Shown here one piece after another: positions 15,908-22,954 of a stretch of 26,705 nucleotides of DNA. How positions within the stretch are numbered: position 1 is the first letter of the stretch; every line of letters begins with the position of its first letter. The translations under genes and the position numbers were made by a program. The stretch spans positions 1-26,705 of the IMG/VR virus record IMGVR_UViG_3300020477_001602; one strand, written 5' to 3'. The notes beneath the pieces were generated by a model. It was given only the letters and a program-made list of their open reading frames with translations, ran no database searches and was not told where the DNA came from. This DNA is from a virus (lineage: Duplodnaviria > Caudoviricetes).

Positions 15908-17394
15908 TACAGTACTCCTCCATCATTATTGTTATTTTCGCTTAGGTCGAATTGCATGTTTTCTCTAGCCGCTATATCGGCTGCTGTTCCTGACTCTTCG
16001 ACTCCGAAATTTCTTACGGTAAAATTTATAAAATTATTTTCAAACCTTACCGTACCATCTTCAGACACTCTTCTTACTAAATCGTGGTGTCCCGCTGCTT
16101 CTTTACCTTGGAATCTGGTTTTTATTGGCACTAATTTATGCGTACCGAATTCTTCACCATCATTAGCCATTTCATCAACGGTTTTTCTTCTAAAAATTCC
16201 TACGAAAGATGCAAACCATTGCAATCTGTCTGATAGTGCTATGGCGGAACTGTCATCTACAACGGCCCCACCTCTTCTATTGAAGTTTTCTCCACTCCTA
16301 TTCATCTGCATGGCAGTAATTATCGGGCAATTTAATTCTTCGGATAATTTTTTAAGCTTGTCTACTTTGTCTCCGATAGCTTGGTACTCTGCCCAATTGT
16401 TTCCGACTTTTTCGCCAGTAAGTTTTATGTAATCGTAACCAAGGATAAAAGGGTTGCCTCTTCCAACGTTAGACAAGGCCCACCTTCTTACGAATGAGCA
16501 TAGTTGATCAATGTTTTTGTTTCCAACTGGGTAATGATATACTTTATCGGAACCCATTTCTTTGAAAGCCTCTCGGACTTTTTTGACCAACTCCGGATTT
16601 TTTCTCCAGTTTCCTGTCTCTAAATGCCAGAGAGAAACTCCACTCATAGCAGATGCAATTCTGAATTTTACGTCTTGAGTGTCCATTTCTGTATCTAGTA
16701 TCAAAGCTGGCACGTTGCTGCTCTTTGAAACCTTGCGACACAAATCCATTATGAATGTGGATTTCCCTTGCCCCGGCCTAGCTACAACAGCGTAAAGATT
16801 TTGCGGCCTAAGCCCTCCGTACATTTTGTTGAACTCTGGGTAAGGTGTCGCAAACCCAAACTCATCGACGGGGTTTTCCCCTCTCTCTTCTACCATTGCT
16901 CCTATATCGTCCAATAAAAGCTCTGGTTCGTCTTCCATTGTTTCGAACTCTTTTACTTGATCTCCGTACAGGGCATCAATGTCGTTAATAATTTCATCAA
17001 TTTCCTTTTCTCCGTTTTCTTTCAGGTATTTTCTCCCTCTATCAAGCGTATGGTACAAGGTTCTTCTGACTGTTAGCTTTGCAAGCTCCCTTGTTGAATC
17101 CATAAGTCCTTTTGCGTTTATGGACGTAAACGAGATTGAATCTAAGTAATCATAAATGTTAACATCATCCTTGAAGGTGATGCCTATGTTTTTTATTTTC
17201 TCTGCAAGGACTACTGTATCTACGCTCTCGCTTTTAAGGAGCGAGCTTCTAAGCGTACAGAAGATGGTTTGATGAACTTCGTTTACAAAATCTTTTTCAG
17301 AGATATACCTTTCGATCTCTGGAAAAAGTTTTGGGTTTTTGATTAAGCCTCCTAGCACGTGTCTTTCTATCTGTATTGAATATATCGAATCCAT
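15907..17394 (-). CDS. dnaB: replicative DNA helicase, DnaB-like
   Basis: N-terminal IERHVLGGL..DF...HQTIF domain, Walker A ARPGQGKS, DTEM, DYIKL, AMQMNR, KTR.G. Confidence 0.92.
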   Translation of the reverse strand: MDSIYSIQIERHVLGGLIKNPKLFPEIERYISEKDFVNEVHQTIFCTLRSSLLKSESVDTVVLAEKIKNIGITFKDDVNIYDYLDSISFTSINAKGLMDSTRELAKLTVRRTLYHTLDRGRKYLKENGEKEIDEIINDIDALYGDQVKEFETMEDEPELLLDDIGAMVEERGENPVDEFGFATPYPEFNKMYGGLRPQNLYAVVARPGQGKSTFIMDLCRKVSKSSNVPALILDTEMDTQDVKFRIASAMSGVSLWHLETGNWRKNPELVKKVREAFKEMGSDKVYHYPVGNKNIDQLCSFVRRWALSNVGRGNPFILGYDYIKLTGEKVGNNWAEYQAIGDKVDKLKKLSEELNCPIITAMQMNRSGENFNRRGGAVVDDSSAIALSDRLQWFASFVGIFRRKTVDEMANDGEEFGTHKLVPIKTRFQGKEAAGHHDLVRRVSEDGTVRFENNFINFTVRNFGVEESGTAADIAARENMQFDLSENNNNDGGVL

Positions 17395-17443
17395 TTTTTA
17401 TCTTTTTTCTACTTTCTATACCGCGACTCATAACAGTATGTTG

Positions 17444-17471
17444 AGTATACGCTTATTTTTGCGTTGATCAA
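17444..17471 (-). promoter_or_regulatory. sigma70-like promoter TTGATC-N16-TATACT
   Basis: -35 at 17471-17466, -10 at 17449-17444, in the intergenic gap upstream of the helicase. Confidence 0.65.
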
Positions 17472-17478
17472 TACAAAA

Positions 17479-17895
17479 CTAGATGGTAATACCAAAAACT
17501 TTTTCAATGTAGCTTTTCGAAAGTTTTTCCAAGTCACTTTCTTCAAGTTCAATTAATTGGTATCCATTTTTTTCAAGCCACTTTGCCTTTTCCCAATCTC
17601 TTTTTATTGACCTTAGATATTTCGCTCTTGAATTATCGTGAAAAAATTTATTAAAACTGGAATGCTGCGGCCCGTTGACTTCTACAGCTACTTTGATTGT
17701 TGCGTTTAGTATGTCAACCTTCATACGTGTTCCGTACACTGGAAATTCTTCGTATACCACATGAGCTTTCCAGTGCGTTTTGAAGAAGTCTTTCGCTTTC
17801 TTTTGAAGTTTAGATCTGGATTTTTTATTCCAATCAATTAGATATTTGGACACGCTTTTATTCCGCTGCCTACCGTGTAGATCAAACATTCTCAT
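17479..17895 (-). CDS. DUF559/Vsr-like endonuclease
   Basis: EEFPV...VDIL....VAVEVNGPQH...RDWEKAKWLEKNGYQLIEL. Confidence 0.75.
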   Translation of the reverse strand: MRMFDLHGRQRNKSVSKYLIDWNKKSRSKLQKKAKDFFKTHWKAHVVYEEFPVYGTRMKVDILNATIKVAVEVNGPQHSSFNKFFHDNSRAKYLRSIKRDWEKAKWLEKNGYQLIELEESDLEKLSKSYIEKVFGITI

Positions 17896-18992
17896 GACTT
17901 TTTAAGAACATCTCTAAATTTAAAAAACAAAAACTTCCCTATTTCTTTATTTTCTTCAAAATATTTTTTAAGATTATCTAAACCTTGGTGTTGCTTTTCT
18001 AGGTCAAGACCTGTTTCATTTTTCACTTCTTCTATGAGCGTGTCTGATATAGTTATCCAAGCGCCTTTTCTAGTAGCCATTTCCCATTGAAGCATCATGT
18101 CAACTACTTCATATTCAACCCATATACTTTTCCCGTTTGTTCCTCCGTATCTAATGGGGTATCGAATCAAGCTTCCAGTTTTTTCGTTGGGAGATTTTTT
18201 AAATATAACCTTACACCAGTGCCCAAGTATATCCCCCTTACCACTTGCTTCTGAGGATATAATATCTTTTAAGTGGCGTTCTTGAAATTCTAGAATCCAA
18301 TCGCTGTAATGCAACATTGCATTTCCTCCGGAGGCGTTGGTAACCCTTGGATCTGTCCTCTCGTAAGGGTTAATGGTGACCTTGCTTCTTACTTGAGAAA
18401 TCATGTAGCAAATATGCCCTCTGGTCGTAAGGCCTAAAGCCATCTTGCGTAAAAAATCCGAACTTAATAGGGCTCCTCCAGCTACTTTGTTTGCGTCTTC
18501 TGGCCCTTTTTCTAAATCAGCCTTAGGAACGAGAGAATCCATAGAGTCAATTATAAACATATATTTATAGTTTTCAGGATTGTTTTTAACTAGCTCTCTC
18601 ATTAGGTTAATTACTGATTCGTAGGTATTACTTTTGTATACAAACCATTTTTTTTCATCTTCATCTATTCCTGCGCGATCAATCATTTCCTGCGTCAATC
18701 TTCCTTCGGACTTGATGTAAACGGCCATAGCTTTGTCCATTTTTTGAAAATTACGAGCGAAAGCTAACGCGCATGATGTTTTTCCGCCTTCTGTGATACC
18801 TGAAGAACGTATGATTCCGGGGCCTATCCCTCCCCCCATTTCTATATCTAGCAAAAGGCTTCCGCTAGACACTACGTAATTGCGCTCTTCTTCAAAGTTA
18901 TAGTGGTCCCCTTTGTTCTGCTCCAAGTAAGATTGGATTTGGCTAACGGGAGATATTCCTTCGGATGGTTCAGTTTTTTTCTTTCTCGGCAT
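17892..18992 (-). CDS. recA: RecA/UvsX-like recombinase
   Basis: SSGSLLLDIEMGGGI, Walker A GITEGGKTS, IIDSMDSL, ISQVR, SGGNAMLHYS. Confidence 0.88.
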   Translation of the reverse strand: MPRKKKTEPSEGISPVSQIQSYLEQNKGDHYNFEEERNYVVSSGSLLLDIEMGGGIGPGIIRSSGITEGGKTSCALAFARNFQKMDKAMAVYIKSEGRLTQEMIDRAGIDEDEKKWFVYKSNTYESVINLMRELVKNNPENYKYMFIIDSMDSLVPKADLEKGPEDANKVAGGALLSSDFLRKMALGLTTRGHICYMISQVRSKVTINPYERTDPRVTNASGGNAMLHYSDWILEFQERHLKDIISSEASGKGDILGHWCKVIFKKSPNEKTGSLIRYPIRYGGTNGKSIWVEYEVVDMMLQWEMATRKGAWITISDTLIEEVKNETGLDLEKQHQGLDNLKKYFEENKEIGKFLFFKFRDVLKKS

Positions 18993-19341
18993 TTTTTATA
19001 AACTCCAATAAATTTAATTTTTTATTCCTCGACAAACTGTTACTGCCCCCAACTTTTTCATCCTTTAATTCATATTTTTTGCCTTTAAGTTTAGATAGGC
19101 TAAAATTGGATAACCTTAAGTAACGCATGTATTCAGTTTTGAAAAGAGATTTGTTTTCTTTAGTGAGAAAATAAGTGAGAGACGTTACTGGTTGGGCTTC
19201 TACCGTTTTCCAGAAACCTAAATCTGGGATCATATTAAGCATAAATTTAGCTAATCGATACTCTTTCCCGCGATTGCATTTAGAAGGGTCTTTTAGGAAG
19301 AGATGAATGATTATTTCATATGCCTTTTTAGTAAACACCAC
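18970..19341 (-). CDS. hypothetical protein (123 aa, GTG start)
   Basis: First gene after a sigma70-like promoter; overlaps the recA start. Confidence 0.65.
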   Translation of the reverse strand: MVFTKKAYEIIIHLFLKDPSKCNRGKEYRLAKFMLNMIPDLGFWKTVEAQPVTSLTYFLTKENKSLFKTEYMRYLRLSNFSLSKLKGKKYELKDEKVGGSNSLSRNKKLNLLEFIKNAEKEKN

Positions 19342-19347
19342 ATGTAA

Positions 19348-19375
19348 ACTATAATAGATTTTTTGCTAAAATCAA
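19348..19375 (-). promoter_or_regulatory. sigma70-like promoter TTGATT-N16-TATAGT, probably leaderless transcript
   Basis: -35 at 19375-19370, -10 at 19353-19348, GTG start (19341) follows after 6 nt. Confidence 0.65.
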
Positions 19376-19377
19376 GG

Positions 19378-19662
19378 TTATTTTTTTAAATTGTCCAGCT
19401 TTTCCTCTATTCGGTCAAATCTGTCGTTCATTCTTTCGGCAAACATCCTAAAATCATCCTTACTAACATACTTTTCAGGCAAAGATAGCGCAAGGCTGGT
19501 GTATTTTGAGCTAATTTTCTCAACATCTTCATGATGCTTAACCATTAGATCGTTATGTTCGGACTTAATTTCGTTTATGTGCCCTAAAAGCATTTTAAAA
19601 ACCCATCCGCCCATCAGCGTGACTACTCCCACTGCAATGTTAACAAGAATTTGGTAATCCAT
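19378..19662 (-). CDS. single-TM plus coiled-coil phage membrane protein (holin-like)
   Basis: N-terminal hydrophobic helix, then YVSKDDF...DRFDRIEEKLD coiled coil as in phage holin/XhlA-like proteins. Confidence 0.55.
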   Translation of the reverse strand: MDYQILVNIAVGVVTLMGGWVFKMLLGHINEIKSEHNDLMVKHHEDVEKISSKYTSLALSLPEKYVSKDDFRMFAERMNDRFDRIEEKLDNLKK

Positions 19663-19684
19663 ATATATTATTACACAATAAATT

Positions 19685-19714
19685 AAAAAAGCAGGGATAA
19701 AAATACCCCTGCTT
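19685..19714 (-). terminator. intrinsic terminator
   Basis: Minus strand AAGCAGGG-gtatttttat-CCCTGCTT followed by a T-run, downstream of 19738..19995. Confidence 0.75.
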
Positions 19715-19737
19715 GCAAGTTTTTTTTTGTAATATTT

Positions 19738-19995
19738 TTAATGCCAGTGGTCTGAGCTATGTTTCCATAGTAAAAGTCCACCCCAAGACAAAAGCCCTAG
19801 TTTCATTGCGTTAATATAGTCCATTCCTAGGTGCAGCATAATCCCCAAGGAGATTAAAACTACAGCTTTCCAGAAGGAAACGCAGCCTAGATGACCCATG
19901 ACCCAAGATTTCAAATCTAGAAGTCTTTCTTTTGCGTCTAGATTTTTCCATACTTCGTCAATTTTAGATCCGAGTTTCGATAGTAATTTTTTCAT
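19738..19995 (-). CDS. small membrane protein (about 2 TM segments)
   Basis: Hydrophobic C-terminal half (FWKAVVLISLGIMLHLG, LGLLSWGGLLLW). Confidence 0.65.
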   Translation of the reverse strand: MKKLLSKLGSKIDEVWKNLDAKERLLDLKSWVMGHLGCVSFWKAVVLISLGIMLHLGMDYINAMKLGLLSWGGLLLWKHSSDHWH

Positions 19996-20161
19996 AATAT
20001 AAGAACCCTTTGTGTTCGTATATGAATTACACCAAAAGGGGGAGGTGGTTGTATTTTTTTATTTCTTATGTTTTTATTTTTTCACAAAAAACCTAATTAA
20101 GTGTAGCAAAATATCTTTTTTTGAAAAAAGAATATTTTTTTATAAGTGTGTAATTATTGTT

Positions 20162-20611
20162 ATGAGGTTATGGATTGGATGGATCAAGCAGAAGGTAAGC
20201 GTTATCGCTAATTGGGCAGTAAAAAAACGGGAGCCTATTTTTGTTGGTATTATAATTGCGACTCTTATGGGCTCATTATTGTTGGTTCAGGATATAAAAA
20301 ATACTTCACGGGAGGTAGAGCATTACAGAGAGAAACTTGAACTTGCTAATATCGCAGAAGCTCAATCGCAGCGGTTAAAAGAAATAGCCGAATTCTCAGA
20401 TTTTTTATTTAAAGTAAACCAAGATTTAAGGCAAAGAGTTAACGCGCAACAAAGCGCTTTAGAGGAAGCATCTATAATTATAAATAACCAAAGGGCTATG
20501 CTTGAAAAGCTGATTGAATATATGAAGAGAATTGGAGAGTGGCCTCCAAAAATTGACCCCCCAAAACCTATAGACCCTGACAGTATAGCTGGCACTCGGA
20601 GTGAGGCATGA
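20162..20611 (+). CDS. membrane-anchored coiled-coil protein (start reassigned to ATG 20162)
   Basis: MRLWIGW start 14 nt after a GTGTAAT motif; TM IFVGIIIATLMGSLLLV, long coiled coil, Pro-rich tail. The upstream extension in the ORF track is low-complexity intergenic DNA. Confidence 0.75.
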   Translation: MRLWIGWIKQKVSVIANWAVKKREPIFVGIIIATLMGSLLLVQDIKNTSREVEHYREKLELANIAEAQSQRLKEIAEFSDFLFKVNQDLRQRVNAQQSALEEASIIINNQRAMLEKLIEYMKRIGEWPPKIDPPKPIDPDSIAGTRSEA

Positions 20612-20850
20612 AGATGTTAAATAAAGATGCTTATTGGTGGAAAGGCCAAGAAAAGGAATGGGCGATGCAGGATCGGTCAGGGAATTGGTGGATTTATAAA
20701 AATAAAAAGAAAGACAATAACGAAATGATGTTTAAGAGGAGGTCGAAAGAAGGTTCGGCTATTTTTAGCAAGGAATATTATATAATTATAGCTTTAGCTT
20801 CTGCTTTAGGTATAAGTTTGGCTTTAAACGTAATAGCTATATTGGTATGA
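20608..20850 (+). CDS. Trp-rich small protein with C-terminal TM anchor
   Basis: ATGA-coupled; C-terminal YYIIIALASALGISLALNVIAILV. Confidence 0.65.
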   Translation: MKMLNKDAYWWKGQEKEWAMQDRSGNWWIYKNKKKDNNEMMFKRRSKEGSAIFSKEYYIIIALASALGISLALNVIAILV

Positions 20851-20885
20851 GTTGTTTTTTTCCTCCAATATTTAGTAAAAATTTT

Positions 20886-21173
20886 ATGAAAAAATTAAAA
20901 ATATATTTGTTTATTTTTTTCGCATCTGCGCTGGTGTTAGGTTGCAGGGCGGTAAAGGCTGTTGGAAACTTTTTTACAGGTACTACCGAAAAGGCAATAG
21001 AAACTACAGAAAAGGTGGTGGGCTCTACTATAAAAGGGGTTCCTGTAGAGGTGGAGCATAATTTTAGTTTAGAACCTGTGATAATTTGGGCTATTATAGC
21101 TATAATGATAGCTCTTGCGGCTAGATATTTAATTAATAAGTATGTCTACGGTAAAAAGATTACTAAAAAATAA
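20886..21173 (+). CDS. lipoprotein with C-terminal TM helix (start reassigned to 20886)
   Basis: MKKLKIYLFIFFASALVLG-C lipobox; C-terminal VIIWAIIAIMIALAA TM followed by a basic tail. Confidence 0.7.
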   Translation: MKKLKIYLFIFFASALVLGCRAVKAVGNFFTGTTEKAIETTEKVVGSTIKGVPVEVEHNFSLEPVIIWAIIAIMIALAARYLINKYVYGKKITKK

Positions 21174-21678
21174 ATTTTTTAGAGTAACGTTAGTTTTAAC
21201 TGTGCTGTTATTACCGTTTACTTATGACTATAGGTTCGTAATTGTAGATGGCGATAGCATGTATCCGACCTATACCGACTGGGAGCTCGTGGTTGAGGAA
21301 AGAGTTTCTTCTTTAGGTAAGGAATGGAAGCCAAAAAGGGGGGATGTTATCGTTGTTGTAGATGAAACTGGAGACAAATTAATCAAAAGGGTGGTGGCTG
21401 TCCCCGGAGAAACAGTAAGGATACGGGATGGCTATATCTATGTAAACGAAAAGGAATACAAAGACTCTTATACTCATATTAGAATAGGAATTTTGTTGGT
21501 TGACCCCGAAGGTGTGCCTTATCGAAGCTGGGAAACTGGAGAAAAGGTTTACGAATATATTCCAAAAGATTTTACCAAGCTTAAAGAAGGTGAGTATTGG
21601 GTTATAGGTGACAATAGAAATTATTCTTGGCACGGAATAGTAAAGTTGGAGGAAGTGGAAGGGAAAGTTTTATACTAA
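21142..21678 (+). CDS. lepB: signal peptidase I (peptidase S26)
   Basis: N-terminal TM, GDSMYPT (catalytic Ser), RGDVIV, LIKRVVAVPGE (catalytic Lys), GDNRNYS. Confidence 0.9.
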   Translation: MSTVKRLLKNKFFRVTLVLTVLLLPFTYDYRFVIVDGDSMYPTYTDWELVVEERVSSLGKEWKPKRGDVIVVVDETGDKLIKRVVAVPGETVRIRDGYIYVNEKEYKDSYTHIRIGILLVDPEGVPYRSWETGEKVYEYIPKDFTKLKEGEYWVIGDNRNYSWHGIVKLEEVEGKVLY

Positions 21679-21719
21679 AAACCCCCCTCCAAGAGAAAGA
21701 CAAAACTTGGAGAGGGGCT
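21677..21719 (-). terminator. intrinsic terminator between convergent genes
   Basis: CCCC-CTCCAAG...CTTGGAG-AGGGG hairpin with a T-run on the minus strand, right after the lepB stop. Confidence 0.7.
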
Positions 21720-21744
21720 TGGGTGCGGATTTCCGCCGTGTGGT

Positions 21745-21936
21745 TTACTTGGATGTGTCGGTATTAGATGGTTGTACTTCACCCTTTATTAGAGGAAGGG
21801 TGAGGCTTGCTCCATCTGTCCCAGCGGTTGCCCCCAGAACTGTGTCTGCGTTAGCTTTAGGCCCAAGAGTTACGGTGCTTGTACACCCCGTTACGAACAG
21901 CACTGTGGCTGCGATTAGTGTTACTAGTGTTTTCAT
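21745..21936 (-). CDS. small lipoprotein (start reassigned to 21936)
   Basis: MKTLVTLIAATVLFVTG-C lipobox. Confidence 0.75.
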   Translation of the reverse strand: MKTLVTLIAATVLFVTGCTSTVTLGPKANADTVLGATAGTDGASLTLPLIKGEVQPSNTDTSK

Positions 21937-21943
21937 GGTTTTA

Positions 21944-22954
21944 TTAAAAATCATCTTCTAAGACTCCTGAATTTTGGTAATCCTTCACCTTTCTTTCAAA
22001 AAAATTGGTCATTGCTCCCGTATCAACAGCTTCAGAAAGCCAAGGAAATGGGTTCTGATCGCTATCGAAACGGAAGTCAACGCCAATTCCTTCGAGACGT
22101 CTATTGCCAATATATTGCATATAATCAACAAACATATCAGCATTTAAACCCAAGATACCCCTTGGAAGAACGTCATGAGCATATTGTACTTCAAGCTCTA
22201 CAGCTTTTTTGATATGATCAATCGTCTCTTGCTCGAACTTTTTCGTCCACACCGTAGGATGTTGCTCTACAATCGTGTTAATTAAATATGTACCAAATTG
22301 GATATGCAAGCTTTCATCTCTTAACGTGTATCTTATTTGATCTGATAATCCCGGCAGTTTATTTTGCCTACCTAGAGCTAAAAGCATAGCAAAACCGCTA
22401 AAGAAAAACGTACCTTCACATACTATATAATAAGAGATTAAGTTCCTTAAGAATTCTTTTTTACCTTCGATTGTTTTAGTATTAAAATCTGGCCTGTTTA
22501 CGTCTGTGGTGATTTCCATTAAGAAATCGTCTTTAGCCTTTATGCTAGGAATATTAATGTAGGCTTCATAAACTTCCGATATTTTTAAAGAAAAAGAATC
22601 GCAACATGTTACAACTGTCCAGTTATGTAATGATTCTTCGTAGGCTTGCCTTAAAATGTATTGCCTACATTCAGCGTCAGTAACCCATTTAGCAACAGTA
22701 AGAAGTAAATTGTTCCCCACGAGAGACTCACTTCCAGCAAAAAAGCCAAGACATCTTTTGACAAGAAGTTTTTCATCATCACTAAGGGTTCCGTTTTTCC
22801 ACTGGTCAACGTCATTCCCCATATTAATCTCTGAAGGTGACCAATTGTTAGCTACGCCCTTCAAAAATAAATCCCAAGCAAATTCATGTTTGTGGGGCAA
22901 AATTTGATTTACCCCAGCTATTTCTTCTCCAAGTATTGATCCGTTTTTACTCAT
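21944..22954 (-). CDS. nrdB: ribonucleotide reductase beta subunit, class Ic-like (R2c)
   Basis: NNWSPSEI, FFAGSE (Glu76 first ligand), EESLH, CEGTFFFSGF, RDESLH, NFFERKVKDYQ; Val114 at the radical-Tyr position. Confidence 0.93.
   Translation of the reverse strand: MSKNGSILGEEIAGVNQILPHKHEFAWDLFLKGVANNWSPSEINMGNDVDQWKNGTLSDDEKLLVKRCLGFFAGSESLVGNNLLLTVAKWVTDAECRQYILRQAYEESLHNWTVVTCCDSFSLKISEVYEAYINIPSIKAKDDFLMEITTDVNRPDFNTKTIEGKKEFLRNLISYYIVCEGTFFFSGFAMLLALGRQNKLPGLSDQIRYTLRDESLHIQFGTYLINTIVEQHPTVWTKKFEQETIDHIKKAVELEVQYAHDVLPRGILGLNADMFVDYMQYIGNRRLEGIGVDFRFDSDQNPFPWLSEAVDTGAMTNFFERKVKDYQNSGVLEDDF

Noticed and set aside
15929-16432. 167-aa antisense ORF and other opposite-strand or nested ORFs (e.g. 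255..482, 1162..1443, 9678..9998, 16544..16741, 21707..21961, 25602..25874)
   Set aside because: They overlap well-supported genes and have no recognisable motifs; likely shadow ORFs.
17300-17431. Short out-of-frame ORF starting at ATG 17431 and overlapping the helicase start
   Set aside because: No RBS or motif, and mostly inside dnaB; cannot be supported.
20095-20130. Possible minus-strand extended -10 promoter (TGcTACACT) or small RNA in the AT-rich gap
   Set aside because: Poor -35 box, no adjacent ORF and no clear structure; insufficient evidence.
20012-20161. N-terminal extension of the 199-aa ORF
   Set aside because: Low-complexity T/A-rich intergenic DNA containing regulatory motifs; ATG 20162 is the better start.
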